From a bacterium (GTDB taxonomy: Bacteria; Zhuqueibacterota; Zhuqueibacteria; Zhuqueibacterales; Zhuqueibacteraceae), in the NCBI GenBank assembly GCA_041918175.1, contig JAYRWE010000039.1:50547-114546 (forward strand): 64,000 nt of DNA, read 5' to 3'. The notes under the pieces were generated by a model. The model saw only the letters and a list, made by a program, of their open reading frames with translations, ran no database searches and had not been told where the DNA came from. A program made the position numbers and the translations under genes. Below, piece after piece: positions 43,923-53,487 of the stretch. The first letter of the stretch is position 1; each line of letters starts with the position of its first letter.

Positions 43923-44747
43923 TCACTCCTCGGTTCGGGGTTTCTTCCAAAACGGATAAATCAATCTCGGCAGCAGCTTTGTGGGAAACTCTTCCATTTT
44001 ATCAAAGCCGAGGCGTGCGGGTTGCCCGCCGTCTTTCGGCATATACGCCGTGCCGAAAATCCAATCCCACACGCTCAACACCACGCCGAAATTTTTGCCA
44101 TGATCACCGCGCAAGATGAGATCATGATGCCACACATGCATGCGCGGCGAGTTGATCACATAGCGCAGCGGGCCCCAACTGATATTCAAGTTCGAATGAT
44201 TGAGATGGCCGATGAGCGTGGTCACAATCGCAATGGGCAAAATCACGTCGCCGCTCACGCCGAGCATGACCAACGGCAGATAGGTGAGGCTTTTATAAAC
44301 CACGATCTCCATCCAATGAAACCGCATGTTGCCGATCCAATCCAACTCTTCGATGCTGTGATGCAGCTTGTGAAATTCCCAGAGCCATGAAACGCGATGC
44401 AACAGGTTATGCACGCACCATTCGAGAAAATCGCGGAACACGAGAAAGACCGTGAATTGCACCCACCACGCGCTGCTCGTGAGAAGCTGCACAGACTCCG
44501 GCGGCGTGATAGTCCAACCCAAAAACGTATTGTTGATTTGCTGCGCGACCCAATTGCTGAGATAGGCGAGCAGAATGCCGGCGTAATGCCCGTTGAACAC
44601 AAGCCAGAAAAAATCCTGCCCGATTTGTTTGCGCCACGCTTTCTGCTCTTTGCGCCACGGCGCGAGGCGTTCGAGTATCCAACAGAAGAGTGAAACCATT
44701 AACAACCAGAAGAAGTATCCGCGCGTGTCCCAAATGATGTGCAGCAT
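43923..44747 (-). CDS. Fatty acid hydroxylase / sterol desaturase family membrane protein
   Basis: 274 aa with histidine boxes HNLLHRVSWLWEFHKLHHS and MHVWHH, and multiple TM helices. Confidence 0.8.
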   Translation of the reverse strand: MLHIIWDTRGYFFWLLMVSLFCWILERLAPWRKEQKAWRKQIGQDFFWLVFNGHYAGILLAYLSNWVAQQINNTFLGWTITPPESVQLLTSSAWWVQFTVFLVFRDFLEWCVHNLLHRVSWLWEFHKLHHSIEELDWIGNMRFHWMEIVVYKSLTYLPLVMLGVSGDVILPIAIVTTLIGHLNHSNLNISWGPLRYVINSPRMHVWHHDLILRGDHGKNFGVVLSVWDWIFGTAYMPKDGGQPARLGFDKMEEFPTKLLPRLIYPFWKKPRTEE

Positions 44748-44790
44748 GATTCGGTTTCTCCGTGGTGTAACAGCTTTTTTTCAGAGGGCG

Positions 44791-44827
44791 TTTGAAAAAT
44801 CCCCCTCGAGGGGTTAGGGGGTGTTGC
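44791..44827. repeat. Family C repeat, short inverted copy
   Basis: tttgaaaaatccccctcgaggggttagggggtgttgc corresponds to the reverse complement of the C1/C2 core but lacks the central gaccgagcacacaataat segment. Confidence 0.6.
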
Positions 44828-44871
44828 ATGATAACGTGGCACTATCAATTGCCGTTCTTAATAAAATCGAG

Positions 44872-44942
44872 GTCATTCAGAAGAAATCTTCTTAAGTACT
44901 GGGCAGTATCGCCGGCGAGTGAAAGGATTCCGGCTGAATGAC
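44872..44942. repeat. Family A palindromic repeat
   Basis: gtcattcagaagaaatcttcttaagtactgggcagtatcgccggcgagtgaaaggattccggctgaatgac. Similarity to the 55222 copy continues ~45 nt to the right (gattttgaaagtcaaaac). Confidence 0.85.
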
Positions 44943-45007
44943 AGATCGTGGAGGAACTCGTCGATTTTTGAAAGTCAAAACTCATAAGGCCTCACGACGA
45001 GCTGAAG

Positions 45008-46438
45008 CTATTCCAGCACCGCTTCATAACCGGCGGCATACCACGCACGCAAACCGCCGGCGAGATGATAAACGTGAAAACCGTGTTGCGCGAGCAGAGC
45101 CGCGGCCGCGGGAGAGCGATCCGCTTTTTGACAATGCACAACCAACGGTCTTGCGCGAGGGATTTTTTCAAGCTGCGGCAACAAACGTGTGTGCGCGATA
45201 TTCAATGCCCCGGGCAAATGTCCCAACTCATATTCAAACGCCGTGCGCACATCAAGCACGAGCACTTCGTTTTGCGCGAGGCGACGCTGCAAACTCTCCG
45301 CGGAGATTTCTTCGAGTTGATTATGTGATTGTGCTGTTCGCAAATGCTCCGGCGCGAGATAGCCCGCGATGTGATCCAAACCCACACGCACCAGATCCGC
45401 GACGGCCTCTGCGATGCGATCTTCATTTGCGATGAGATAAAGCGTTTGTTCGGGTTTAATATAAGAGCCGGCGAGCGTGGGGAAATCATTGGTGAGTGGC
45501 AGGTGCAACGCGTTGGGCAAATGTCCGGCGCAATAGTCCGCCCATGGGCGCGTATCGATGATTACTTCGCGCGCGGGATCGAGTTGCAAAAGCTGGTGCG
45601 CGTGGCATGCGCGCGGCTGTGGCAGCGCGCGGAGCAAAGCTGGGCCGAATTTGTTTTCATGCTTCATGCGGCCGAAATAATACGGCGGCTCCATTTGCCC
45701 TTCGAGAATTTCTTCCACAAACGCGGCTGCACTCTTCTGCGCCGCGAGCAACGAAACATTAAACAATTTTTCATAGCCCACCGTGGATTGCAGCACGGAG
45801 CCGAGCGACTTGCCGCAAAAACTTCCGGAGCCGTGGCCTGGCCACAGTTGCAAGTAATCGGGAAGCTCCATGAAGCGGCGCAGCGAGTGATAAAGCGTTT
45901 GCGCCGAAACTTGCGCCACACCGATTTGGCCCGCTGCGGTTTCAAGCAAATCGGGCCGGCCCACATCGCCGACAAATACAAAGTCGCCGGTGAAGATTCC
46001 CATGGGTTTCGTGGCACCGCCGCCGTGATCCGTTAATAAAAAACATAAATGCTCCGGCGTGTGCCCCGGCGTGTGCAGTGCTTGCATTTCAATCATGCCG
46101 ACTTTAAAACGATCGCCGTCTTTCAACAACTGATGCGCGTAAATCTCGCTGCCGGCTTTTTTATTTAACCAAAAATATTTCCAATCGGCGTCGCCTTCAT
46201 CGGAGAGATAAAGCCGCGCGCCGGTTTGTTCGGCAAGCTCGCGCGCACCGGAAAGAAAGTCCGCATGAATGTGCGTCTCGGCGATTGCCGTAATGCGCAG
46301 GCCCTCTTTGGCTGCGAGATCGAGATAACGTTGCACGTCACGCTCCGGATCAAGCACGAGCGCTTCACCGGTGCGCTGACAACCGATCAGGTAAGAAGCT
46401 TGCGCGAGTTTTTCATCGTAGAGTAAACGCAGGAGCAT
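45008..46438 (-). CDS. MBL-fold persulfide dioxygenase fused to two rhodanese domains (CstB/PRF-like)
   Basis: ORF trimmed to ATG 46438 (MLLRLLYDEKLAQASYLIG), because the longer ORF reads through a heptamer repeat. It has ETHIHADF, HTPGHTPEH, GDFVFVGDVGRPDL and a C-terminal rhodanese loop VVHCQKADRS. Confidence 0.85.
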   Translation of the reverse strand: MLLRLLYDEKLAQASYLIGCQRTGEALVLDPERDVQRYLDLAAKEGLRITAIAETHIHADFLSGARELAEQTGARLYLSDEGDADWKYFWLNKKAGSEIYAHQLLKDGDRFKVGMIEMQALHTPGHTPEHLCFLLTDHGGGATKPMGIFTGDFVFVGDVGRPDLLETAAGQIGVAQVSAQTLYHSLRRFMELPDYLQLWPGHGSGSFCGKSLGSVLQSTVGYEKLFNVSLLAAQKSAAAFVEEILEGQMEPPYYFGRMKHENKFGPALLRALPQPRACHAHQLLQLDPAREVIIDTRPWADYCAGHLPNALHLPLTNDFPTLAGSYIKPEQTLYLIANEDRIAEAVADLVRVGLDHIAGYLAPEHLRTAQSHNQLEEISAESLQRRLAQNEVLVLDVRTAFEYELGHLPGALNIAHTRLLPQLEKIPRARPLVVHCQKADRSPAAAALLAQHGFHVYHLAGGLRAWYAAGYEAVLE

Positions 46439-46445
46439 GGGGAGG

Positions 46446-46473
46446 CTGGTTGCTGGTTGCTGGTTGCTGGTTG
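46446..46473. repeat. (CTGGTTG)4 tandem heptamer
   Basis: Four perfect copies plus a partial fifth lie 8 nt upstream of the dioxygenase start, inside the 56-nt tusA-dioxygenase spacer. Confidence 0.95.
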
Positions 46474-46494
46474 CTGCGCGGAGATTGCGCCGCG

Positions 46495-46734
46495 TTATTT
46501 TTTCTTTATAAAAAAATGCCACTCGCCGTTTTCACCTTTGCGCAGCGTGAGCAATTCGTTTTGCGTTTGTTTCGACCAAGCTGCGACATCCAACTCGGAG
46601 CCGGGATCGGTGCTGATCATTTCCAAAATTTTTCCGGATTCCAATTCTTTTATGGCCTTGGTGGTTTTAACCAACGGCATGGGGCACTTCAAACCGGAGC
46701 AATCGAGAGTTTTGTCGGGAGTATATTCTGCCAT
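46495..46734 (-). CDS. tusA: TusA/SirA-like sulfur carrier
   Basis: 79 aa with LDCSGLKCPMPLVKT (CPxP motif). Confidence 0.8.
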   Translation of the reverse strand: MAEYTPDKTLDCSGLKCPMPLVKTTKAIKELESGKILEMISTDPGSELDVAAWSKQTQNELLTLRKGENGEWHFFIKKK

Positions 46735-46751
46735 GAGCGGCTCCTTTTGAT

Positions 46752-47882
46752 TTATGAATCGAGGGGTTGAAAGCCGTGACCTAAAACTTCCTGCGCGGGC
46801 ATGACGATGACGAAGGCGCGCGCGTCTTCTTCGCGCACCGCGGCTTTGAGCGCTTTCATTTCATTCACGGTAGTGGCAACCACGAGCACTTCGCGCTCTT
46901 GATGCGTGTGCATGCCCTCGCCGCGCAAACCCGTGACGCCGCGTTTGAGATCCTGCAAAATGCGGTGCGCCACGGCTTGCGGCTTGGATGAAACAATGAT
47001 GCACAACAATTGTTGTCGCCGCCTTCTCCAAATGCGCGCGAAATCCCGCCGAATTGCCGCGCCTTGTGCGGAGGCGTCTTTCACTTCCAGCGCTTGCCAA
47101 ATTTTGCTGAGAAAAGGAATCTCGCCCGAACGCGGCAGCACTTCACCGGAAGCTTGTTGCAAACCCGCGGTGCCGAGGCCGATGATGAACAGCACGCCGT
47201 TGAAAGAAAGCCCAGCAATCAAAATCACCCAACCGGAAAGCGTGCCGACTTGCAAGCGACTGATAAAATCATCAACGGAGGTGGCTTGGTCCGGGTGAAT
47301 CATGCACTTGAACAGCCACGCCAAGCCGAGCACGAGAAAAATCCACATGTAATTGCGGCGAAAGCGCCGGCCAAATGCCTCCCACATGCTAATGGGAAAC
47401 TCGGGCGATTGCAGCGATTCGGAAAGCTCTTCGGCCCAATGCGGACGCGGCGCAAACGGCGGCACCAACATGTTGCCGAAAAAATCCGTTTCCATCAAGC
47501 GCGTGCGATGCGCCCACAATTCGTAATAACGATAACGCCGCGCTTCGATCCACAAAAAAATCGTGACCAGCAGCGTGTTGAGAATGATGGCGCCGTAATG
47601 ATGTGAGGGATCGGAAAGCGCGAAGGAGATGGCCGCGCCCGCGGTGATCACAGCCCAGTTCGTGGTGTTGTCGAGGCGTTGCCGCCACACGTTGGAGCGT
47701 TGGATTTCGGCGCGATAATAATGCACCATCGCCGTGTTAAATTCCGCGGGCCGCATTTCATAGCCGCGAAATTTCCACACCGGCTCGTGCGCTTCGGTCT
47801 TTGTCGCTCCGCCGTTGGGCGGCAGAGTCTCTGTGATTGGCATGTGCTTCCTGTTTTTGGTCGCGGCAAGATAGTGAGGCAT
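46752..47882 (-). CDS. Membrane protein, DUF2270-like N-terminal part fused to a DUF2179-like C-terminal domain
   Basis: 376 aa (alternative start ATG 47843). FNTAMVHYYRAEIQRSNVWRQRLDNTTNWAVITAGAAISFAL is followed by TM helices. The C-terminus is ILQDLKRGVTGLRGEGMHTHQEREVLVVATTVNEMKALKAAVREEDARAFVIVMPAQEVLGHGF (YitT C-terminal domain pattern). Confidence 0.7.
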   Translation of the reverse strand: MPHYLAATKNRKHMPITETLPPNGGATKTEAHEPVWKFRGYEMRPAEFNTAMVHYYRAEIQRSNVWRQRLDNTTNWAVITAGAAISFALSDPSHHYGAIILNTLLVTIFLWIEARRYRYYELWAHRTRLMETDFFGNMLVPPFAPRPHWAEELSESLQSPEFPISMWEAFGRRFRRNYMWIFLVLGLAWLFKCMIHPDQATSVDDFISRLQVGTLSGWVILIAGLSFNGVLFIIGLGTAGLQQASGEVLPRSGEIPFLSKIWQALEVKDASAQGAAIRRDFARIWRRRRQQLLCIIVSSKPQAVAHRILQDLKRGVTGLRGEGMHTHQEREVLVVATTVNEMKALKAAVREEDARAFVIVMPAQEVLGHGFQPLDS

Positions 47883-47991
47883 CGACTAAATTGCAAACGG
47901 TGATTGCGCCGTGCAGCATTTCGCGCACAACGCTTTGCATGCCGCATCGTCTATTAGTGCAATCCCAACCATCCCCACTCGGACTCTGCTC

Positions 47992-49110
47992 ATGCTTTCA
48001 CATTGGCTGCAACGACGTTGGATAAAATGGAGCCTCGCTTTTCTGTTTTGGACGAGCTTGGGCTTGGTCTTTTCCACGCAAACCTATTTGTATCTCAAAA
48101 CGCAATATCAAGGTTTCACCTGGCTCAGTGCGCTCAAAAACGGCATGCCGATTTGGTACATTTGGGGCGCGCTGGCGCCGTTGATTGTGCGGCTCGATCA
48201 ACGCTTGCCCGCGCGGCGGGAGCAGCTTTTGAAACGCATCGCGTTGCATTTGCCGATCAGCATCGTCGCTGCATGGCTGCATTTCATGTTGCGCCTCGGC
48301 GTGGAAAAAATTTTAATCGGCAATGTGCAACTCGGCTTTGCCGACTTGCTCGGCAGTTTTCCCATGACGCTGCAAATCTATTGGCTCATTCTCGGCGTGG
48401 CCGTGGCGTATGATTTTTTTCAAGCGTATCGCGACCGCGAGCTGCAAGCGTCGCAACTCGAAGCGCGTTTAACCCAGGCGCGTTTGCACGCTTTGCGCGC
48501 GCAATTGCATCCGCATTTTTTGTTTAACACATTGAACGCGATTTCCGCTTTCATCGAAAAGTCGCCGAAGACCGCGCGACAAATGACGGCGCACCTCGGC
48601 GAGTTGTTGCGTTTCGCGCTCGATCATGCCGAGGAGCAGGAGATCACGCTCGCCGAAGAGCTTGCGTTTCTCGAAAACTATTTGGCGATTCAGCGTTTGC
48701 GTTTCGCGGATCGGCTTGCAATTCGTCTGCGCATTGCGCCGGAAACGCTCAATGTGTTTGTGCCCAGCCTACTCTTGCAGCCGCTCGTGGAGAATGCGCT
48801 GCGCCACGGCCTGTCCTCGCGCGCCGCGGCTGGAGTGCTCACGATTCAAACACGACACGAGGACGATTCTGTTACTCTCTGTATTGTCGATGACGGCGTT
48901 GGCCTGTCCAGCGATTGGCAACACACCGCACAACACGGCGTGGGATTGTCAAACACCAAGGAGCGTTTGCTGCGACTTTATGGCGAGGCGCATAGCTTTA
49001 GCATCAAAAATAATGAAGACCACGGCGTCACCGTTGAAATCAAGTTGCCGTTTCGCACCGAATCCAACTCTGCCCATGCCAATGGATACTATTCGCACGT
49101 TGATCGTTGA
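47992..49110 (+). CDS. LytS/YehU-type sensor histidine kinase
   Basis: The first in-frame ATG is at 47992 (the ORF track starts at GTG 47911). It has N-terminal TM helices, the His_kinase motif LRAQLHPHFLFNTLNAI and an ATPase part ENALRHG...DDGVGL. Confidence 0.85.
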   Translation: MLSHWLQRRWIKWSLAFLFWTSLGLVFSTQTYLYLKTQYQGFTWLSALKNGMPIWYIWGALAPLIVRLDQRLPARREQLLKRIALHLPISIVAAWLHFMLRLGVEKILIGNVQLGFADLLGSFPMTLQIYWLILGVAVAYDFFQAYRDRELQASQLEARLTQARLHALRAQLHPHFLFNTLNAISAFIEKSPKTARQMTAHLGELLRFALDHAEEQEITLAEELAFLENYLAIQRLRFADRLAIRLRIAPETLNVFVPSLLLQPLVENALRHGLSSRAAAGVLTIQTRHEDDSVTLCIVDDGVGLSSDWQHTAQHGVGLSNTKERLLRLYGEAHSFSIKNNEDHGVTVEIKLPFRTESNSAHANGYYSHVDR

Positions 49111-49855
49111 CGACGAACCGCCCGCGCGCCGGCGCATTCTCGAATTGTTGGAGCACGAGGCGCAAGTCGAACTGCTCGAACCCTGCAACAACGGCAAGAA
49201 CGCGATCGCGGCCATTCGCCGATATCGACCCGCGCTCGTGTTTCTAGATGTGCAGATGCCGGAGCTTGACGGTTTCAGCGTTTTGGCGCAACTCGAAGCG
49301 GAGGAGAGGCCTGTCACTATTTTCGTGACCGCGTATGATCGCTATGCGTTGCAGGCTTTTGAGGTGCATGCGTTGGATTATTTGCTGAAGCCGTACAGTG
49401 ATCAGCGTTTTGAGACGGCATTTGCAAGGGCGAAAACGCAACTTCAACCCGAACTTCGCGCAACGCGCCAGCACAAGATGCAGGCCTTGCTCGATAAGCG
49501 CGAGCCTCACGCGCCGCCGCAACTTGATCGCCTCGTCATTAAATCTGGCGACCATATTTTTTTTCTAAAAACCGAGGAGATCGATTGGATCGAAGCTGCT
49601 GGTGTATATGTCAAACTTCATGTGGGCCGCAAGACGCATCTGTATCGCGAAACCATGAGCGCGCTCGCGAGCAAGCTTGATTCAAAATATTTCGTGCGCA
49701 TTCATCGCTCGTGCCTCGTCAATCTCGAACGGATCAAAAATCTGCAGCCGCATTCTCACGGCGACTTTCTCGTTTTCCTGCATGACGATACGCGGCTGAA
49801 ACTCAGCCGCGGCTATCGCGAAACCCTGCAAGCACGGCTCGGACAAACACTCTGA
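49076..49855 (+). CDS. LytTR-family response regulator
   Basis: ATG 49076 lies within ORF 48626..49855 and overlaps the kinase end. The receiver reads IRTLIVDDEPPARRRI...LVFLDVQMPELDG...LLKP. The LytTR domain reads IFFLKTEEIDWIEAAGVYVKLH...FVRIHRSCLVNLERI. Confidence 0.85.
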   Translation: MPMDTIRTLIVDDEPPARRRILELLEHEAQVELLEPCNNGKNAIAAIRRYRPALVFLDVQMPELDGFSVLAQLEAEERPVTIFVTAYDRYALQAFEVHALDYLLKPYSDQRFETAFARAKTQLQPELRATRQHKMQALLDKREPHAPPQLDRLVIKSGDHIFFLKTEEIDWIEAAGVYVKLHVGRKTHLYRETMSALASKLDSKYFVRIHRSCLVNLERIKNLQPHSHGDFLVFLHDDTRLKLSRGYRETLQARLGQTL

Positions 49856-50167
49856 TGATCGTCGATTAAAAGTCTTACCCATTTCTAAATCTCGAATAGG
49901 TGCGAATGAACACGGCTATAAAAGAATGAGCGTTCATTCGCGTTGATTCGCAGATGGCACAATCCCCACCTCCGTTTCACCTCTTGCCTCATCCCTTTCA
50001 TTTCACCCGCGCGCGACTCATTTCAGAACGTTGGCATTGCGCGCCTTTATGGTTTAATTTTACCTCGACACAAAGCTCGTGCGAAAATATCACGCGCGGA
50101 GCATCTCGCGCAAATGGAGAATGCGGCAACCTCCCCGACGCACGCGACTGCGGAAACCGGCGCATTT

Positions 50168-50301
50168 CATAACCCGAACGAGTCGGAGCTAAACAAGAAA
50201 AGCTCATCCGCCGAAATTCACCGAAGCCACCGAGTGTCGCCGAAGAAAAGCTTTTTTCGGTGAAACTCAGTGGCTTCGGTGTCGCTCGGCGGAAAAGTTT
50301 T
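50168..50301. repeat. Family B ~130-bp repeat, copy 2 (inverted relative to copy 1)
   Basis: cataacccgaacgagtcggagctaaacaagaaaagctcatccgccgaaattcaccgaagccaccgagtgtcgccgaagaaaagcttttttcggtg... Confidence 0.85.
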
Positions 50302-50419
50302 TGCTCTTTTTGCAACGATCAAACTTCTTCGATACGAATGCGCGCGGCAGCGCCGGTAAAAAAACAATTTTCAACCAATAGATTTTCGCCAACGTACTTT
50401 TCAAAAAAGGAGTGTGTTC

Positions 50420-51274
50420 ATGCAATCGCAAAGTCTCAAGCTCTGTTGCAGAGTATGGTTTGCGGCGTTGCTGTTCTTCTTGCCGCAATCAGCATCAAGC
50501 CAGAATGATGCTTCCACGGAAACGCAGCAAATCATTGCCAAGATGATTGCCGCGCACGGCGGATTGGAAAAATGGCGCAACTCGCCCTCCGTCAGTTTTC
50601 ATTCGCATCTCAAAGTTAATTTCGGCAACAACAATTGGGTGCCGTTTTGGGAAGAAGCCACGGTCGATCCGATTTCGCGCCGCGTGTATTCCAAACTGCC
50701 CAATCCCGACGGCACGCACGGATTGATTGCATTCGACGGCAAGCAAGCGTGGAGCGCGGGCAATTTGCAAGGCATCAGTCGCGCGCCTGCGCGTTTCACT
50801 GCGTGGCGAAATTTTTATTTGTTCAATCTGCCATGGCTCACCGTAGACCCGGGCGTGAATCTCAGCGCGGTTGGAAGAAGCAAAATTCCAGTGCTACCGG
50901 ATGACGCAAAAGAGTATTTCACAATCAAGCTCACGTTCGAGTCCAGTGCGGGTGACACGCCGAAGGATTACTACATTCTTTATATCGATCCGGACTCATA
51001 TCTCTTGCGCGCGAGCGAGTATATCATGACATACGCGAGCATGATGCAAGGCGGCGCGGAAGCAAGCCCGCCCTCGGTGTTTGTGTGGGAGAAAACAGAG
51101 AAGGTGGAAGGATTCGTGGTGCCCGTTCGGTATACGGCTTATTGGAAAGACAAATCCGTTGCGGTCAAAGATGGAGCGATCTCACATTGGTCGTTTCGCC
51201 AACCGTTTGATGCCGCGCGTTTGGTCATGCCCACGGACGGCAAACTTGATGACAGTCGGCCACGCACAGAATAA
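50420..51274 (+). CDS. Secreted hypothetical protein
   Basis: ATG 50420 has AGGAG 7 nt upstream. The signal peptide is CCRVWFAALLFFLPQSASSQ. The sequence is beta-rich and no family was recognised with confidence. Confidence 0.6.
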   Translation: MQSQSLKLCCRVWFAALLFFLPQSASSQNDASTETQQIIAKMIAAHGGLEKWRNSPSVSFHSHLKVNFGNNNWVPFWEEATVDPISRRVYSKLPNPDGTHGLIAFDGKQAWSAGNLQGISRAPARFTAWRNFYLFNLPWLTVDPGVNLSAVGRSKIPVLPDDAKEYFTIKLTFESSAGDTPKDYYILYIDPDSYLLRASEYIMTYASMMQGGAEASPPSVFVWEKTEKVEGFVVPVRYTAYWKDKSVAVKDGAISHWSFRQPFDAARLVMPTDGKLDDSRPRTE

Positions 51275-51292
51275 GCGAGACGTAAATACGAG

Positions 51293-51338
51293 GCGAACGA
51301 AAACCAACGCGAAGGAGTTTTCGTTCGCATTTTTTGTT
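51293..51338 (+). terminator. Rho-independent terminator
   Basis: gcgaacgaaaac...gttttcgttcgc has a 12-bp stem followed by attttttgtt. Confidence 0.75.
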
Positions 51339-51356
51339 ACGGCAGCAAGTACGACC

Positions 51357-52280
51357 TTACGCCCTACGATAAGGCTTTCCCAAATCCGCGGGCGCTTGTG
51401 CTCCGCCGCGCGTGAGGATCAAAACGAGAAGCGTCAACACATATGGCAACATGAGAAAAATTTGATACGGAACGCCGGAACCGAGCGCTTGAAATTGGAA
51501 CTGTAGCGCATTCGCGCAGCCAAAGAAGAGCGCGCCGAAAAAAATTCCCCACGGCTGCCAGCGGCCAAAAATCACCAACGCCAAGGCAATGAAGCCGCGC
51601 CCTGCAGTCAAGCCTTCCACAAAAGTATTCGCATGCGCGAGCGAGAGATATGCGCCTGCCGCGCCACACATTGCCCCGCAAAACAAAACACAGCCTACGC
51701 GCAATCGAAAAATGTTGAGGCCTGCAGTGTCCGCTGCAACCGCGTGTTCGCCGCACGCGCGAATCGCAAGGCCGAGGTGCGTGCGATGGAGCACAAACGA
51801 TGCAAGCGGAATGATGGCGAACGCGAGATACAGCAACACCGGCTGCTCAAACAAGACGCGGCCAAGCACAGGCAGCTCCGCGAGCACCGGAATCTTGAGC
51901 GGAGCAAACCCCTGCATCGTGATCGCCGTGCCGGTCACACCAAAAATTCTGCGGAAGAGAAAACCGGTTAATCCTGCTGCGAGCAAATTGATTCCCGCGC
52001 CGACAATGATTTGATCCGCGGCAAAATAAATCGTCAACGTCGCGAACAACGCCGCGAGCAACGCGCCCGCAGCGATTCCAGCAAGCGCGCCGAGCCACGG
52101 ATTTGCCGCGTAATATCCGACGATCATGCCGGCAAACGCGCCCACGAGCATCATGCCTTCAAGACCGATGTTGATCACGCCGCTGCGCTCGGAAAAAGTC
52201 TCGCCTGTTGCCGTTAGCCACAGCGGTGCGGCAAGCTTCAAGCCCGAACGCAGGAGGTTTTCGATTAAGTTCAGCAACAT
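51357..52280 (-). CDS. ABC transporter permease (BMP/nucleoside-type system)
   Basis: 307 aa, polytopic. It is the last gene of a BMP-ATPase-permease-permease operon. Confidence 0.85.
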   Translation of the reverse strand: MLLNLIENLLRSGLKLAAPLWLTATGETFSERSGVINIGLEGMMLVGAFAGMIVGYYAANPWLGALAGIAAGALLAALFATLTIYFAADQIIVGAGINLLAAGLTGFLFRRIFGVTGTAITMQGFAPLKIPVLAELPVLGRVLFEQPVLLYLAFAIIPLASFVLHRTHLGLAIRACGEHAVAADTAGLNIFRLRVGCVLFCGAMCGAAGAYLSLAHANTFVEGLTAGRGFIALALVIFGRWQPWGIFFGALFFGCANALQFQFQALGSGVPYQIFLMLPYVLTLLVLILTRGGAQAPADLGKPYRRA

Positions 52281-52348
52281 AGTTTGATCGGTGCAAAACG
52301 ATTAAGAGAATAGTTTTGCCAGCAATCGTTTTGCACTATTGATTCGCT

Positions 52349-53377
52349 TCATGATCTTCTTTTCAACTCCAACGCGCCCGCCGCTGCAATCGTGAGCACG
52401 ACCACGCCTTGCATCATGTTGACGAGCACCGCGGAGACATGCGCTTGCCGTTGCATCGCGAGCGCGCCGTTTTCCAATGCGCCAAAGAGCAGCGCGGTTG
52501 CGATGAGGGCGAGCGGATGCAAGCGCGCCATCAACGCGACCGCAATGGCCGTATAGCCATAGCCCGGCGAAAAATTTTGATACATGCGATACGTGACGCC
52601 GGCCAATTCCATCGCGCCGGCTAGCCCGGCCACCGCGCCGGAAATCGCCATGCTCATGAGTTGAATGCGCGCGACGTTCATTGCCGCGAAGCGCGCCGCG
52701 GTCGCATTCGCCGCGGTCGCGCGTAGATTAAAACCAAACGCCGTGCGCGTGAGCATGACGTGCACGAGCAACGCAACGAACGGCGCGCACAACACGCCCG
52801 TGTGCAAACGCGTCGGCACAAGCCAACGCGCGAGCCGCAACTCGGGCACGAGTATATCGGTTTGAGGAAAATTTCCCGCGGTTTCCATGAGCGGGCCATT
52901 CACCGCATAGCGCACGAGTTCGAGCGCGATGAAGTTGAGCAGAATGGTTGAAACCACTTCGGGCACTTGTCGCTGAAATTTCATCCATCCCGCAAGGCTT
53001 GCCCACAAAGCGCCCGCGCTCAGGCTGCACATGAATATCAGCCCGAATCCCATGAACGTTGGCAACGAAGCGAGCCACGGCGCCAGCGCTATTGCTGCAA
53101 GCGCGCCCATGAGCAATTGCCCTTCTGCGCCGATATTCCACACGCCCGCGCGAAACGCCACCGCCACCGCGAGACCGGTGAGCAACAACGGCGTGGCGCG
53201 CACGACCGTTTCCGCAAGCGCATGGGCCGAGCCGAAGGCGCCGTTGAGCAGCGCGCTGAATGCCTGCAACACTTCATAGCCGCCGAGCCAGAGCAGCATT
53301 GCGGCGATCACAGTCGCAACAACGAACGCCAGCGCAGGCGTTGCGAGCGCGCGCAATTGTCGAAGGAGATGTTTCAT
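52349..53377 (-). CDS. ABC transporter permease (BMP/nucleoside-type system)
   Basis: 342 aa, polytopic. It is a paralogue type of the downstream permease. Confidence 0.85.
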   Translation of the reverse strand: MKHLLRQLRALATPALAFVVATVIAAMLLWLGGYEVLQAFSALLNGAFGSAHALAETVVRATPLLLTGLAVAVAFRAGVWNIGAEGQLLMGALAAIALAPWLASLPTFMGFGLIFMCSLSAGALWASLAGWMKFQRQVPEVVSTILLNFIALELVRYAVNGPLMETAGNFPQTDILVPELRLARWLVPTRLHTGVLCAPFVALLVHVMLTRTAFGFNLRATAANATAARFAAMNVARIQLMSMAISGAVAGLAGAMELAGVTYRMYQNFSPGYGYTAIAVALMARLHPLALIATALLFGALENGALAMQRQAHVSAVLVNMMQGVVVLTIAAAGALELKRRS

Positions 53378-53456
53378 TTTGAATGTTCAACCACGGCTTG
53401 GCCGTGGTTTGCTTTTAAACTGCTTCTGGGGCAATTCGTAATGGCCTCTTTGAATT

Positions 53457-53484
53457 GTCATCCTGAAGGACCTTCCCTACGCGC
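53457..53484. repeat. Half-copy of a family A-like repeat
   Basis: gtcatcctgaaggaccttccctacgcgc has only the left arm, directly after the ATPase stop codon. It is preceded by the hairpin aaccacggcttggccgtggtt (53391-53411). Confidence 0.5.
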
Positions 53485-53487
53485 GCT

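Noticed and set aside
46439-46522. N-terminal 28-codon extension of the MBL-rhodanese ORF (MAFFYKEKITRRNLRAATSNQQPATSLP)
   Set aside because: The extension is translation of the (CTGGTTG)4 repeat and spacer. The conserved protein starts at MLLRLLYDEK (ATG 46438). Similar repeat-derived extensions were trimmed from sufC (28859..28948) and sufD (28028..28093).
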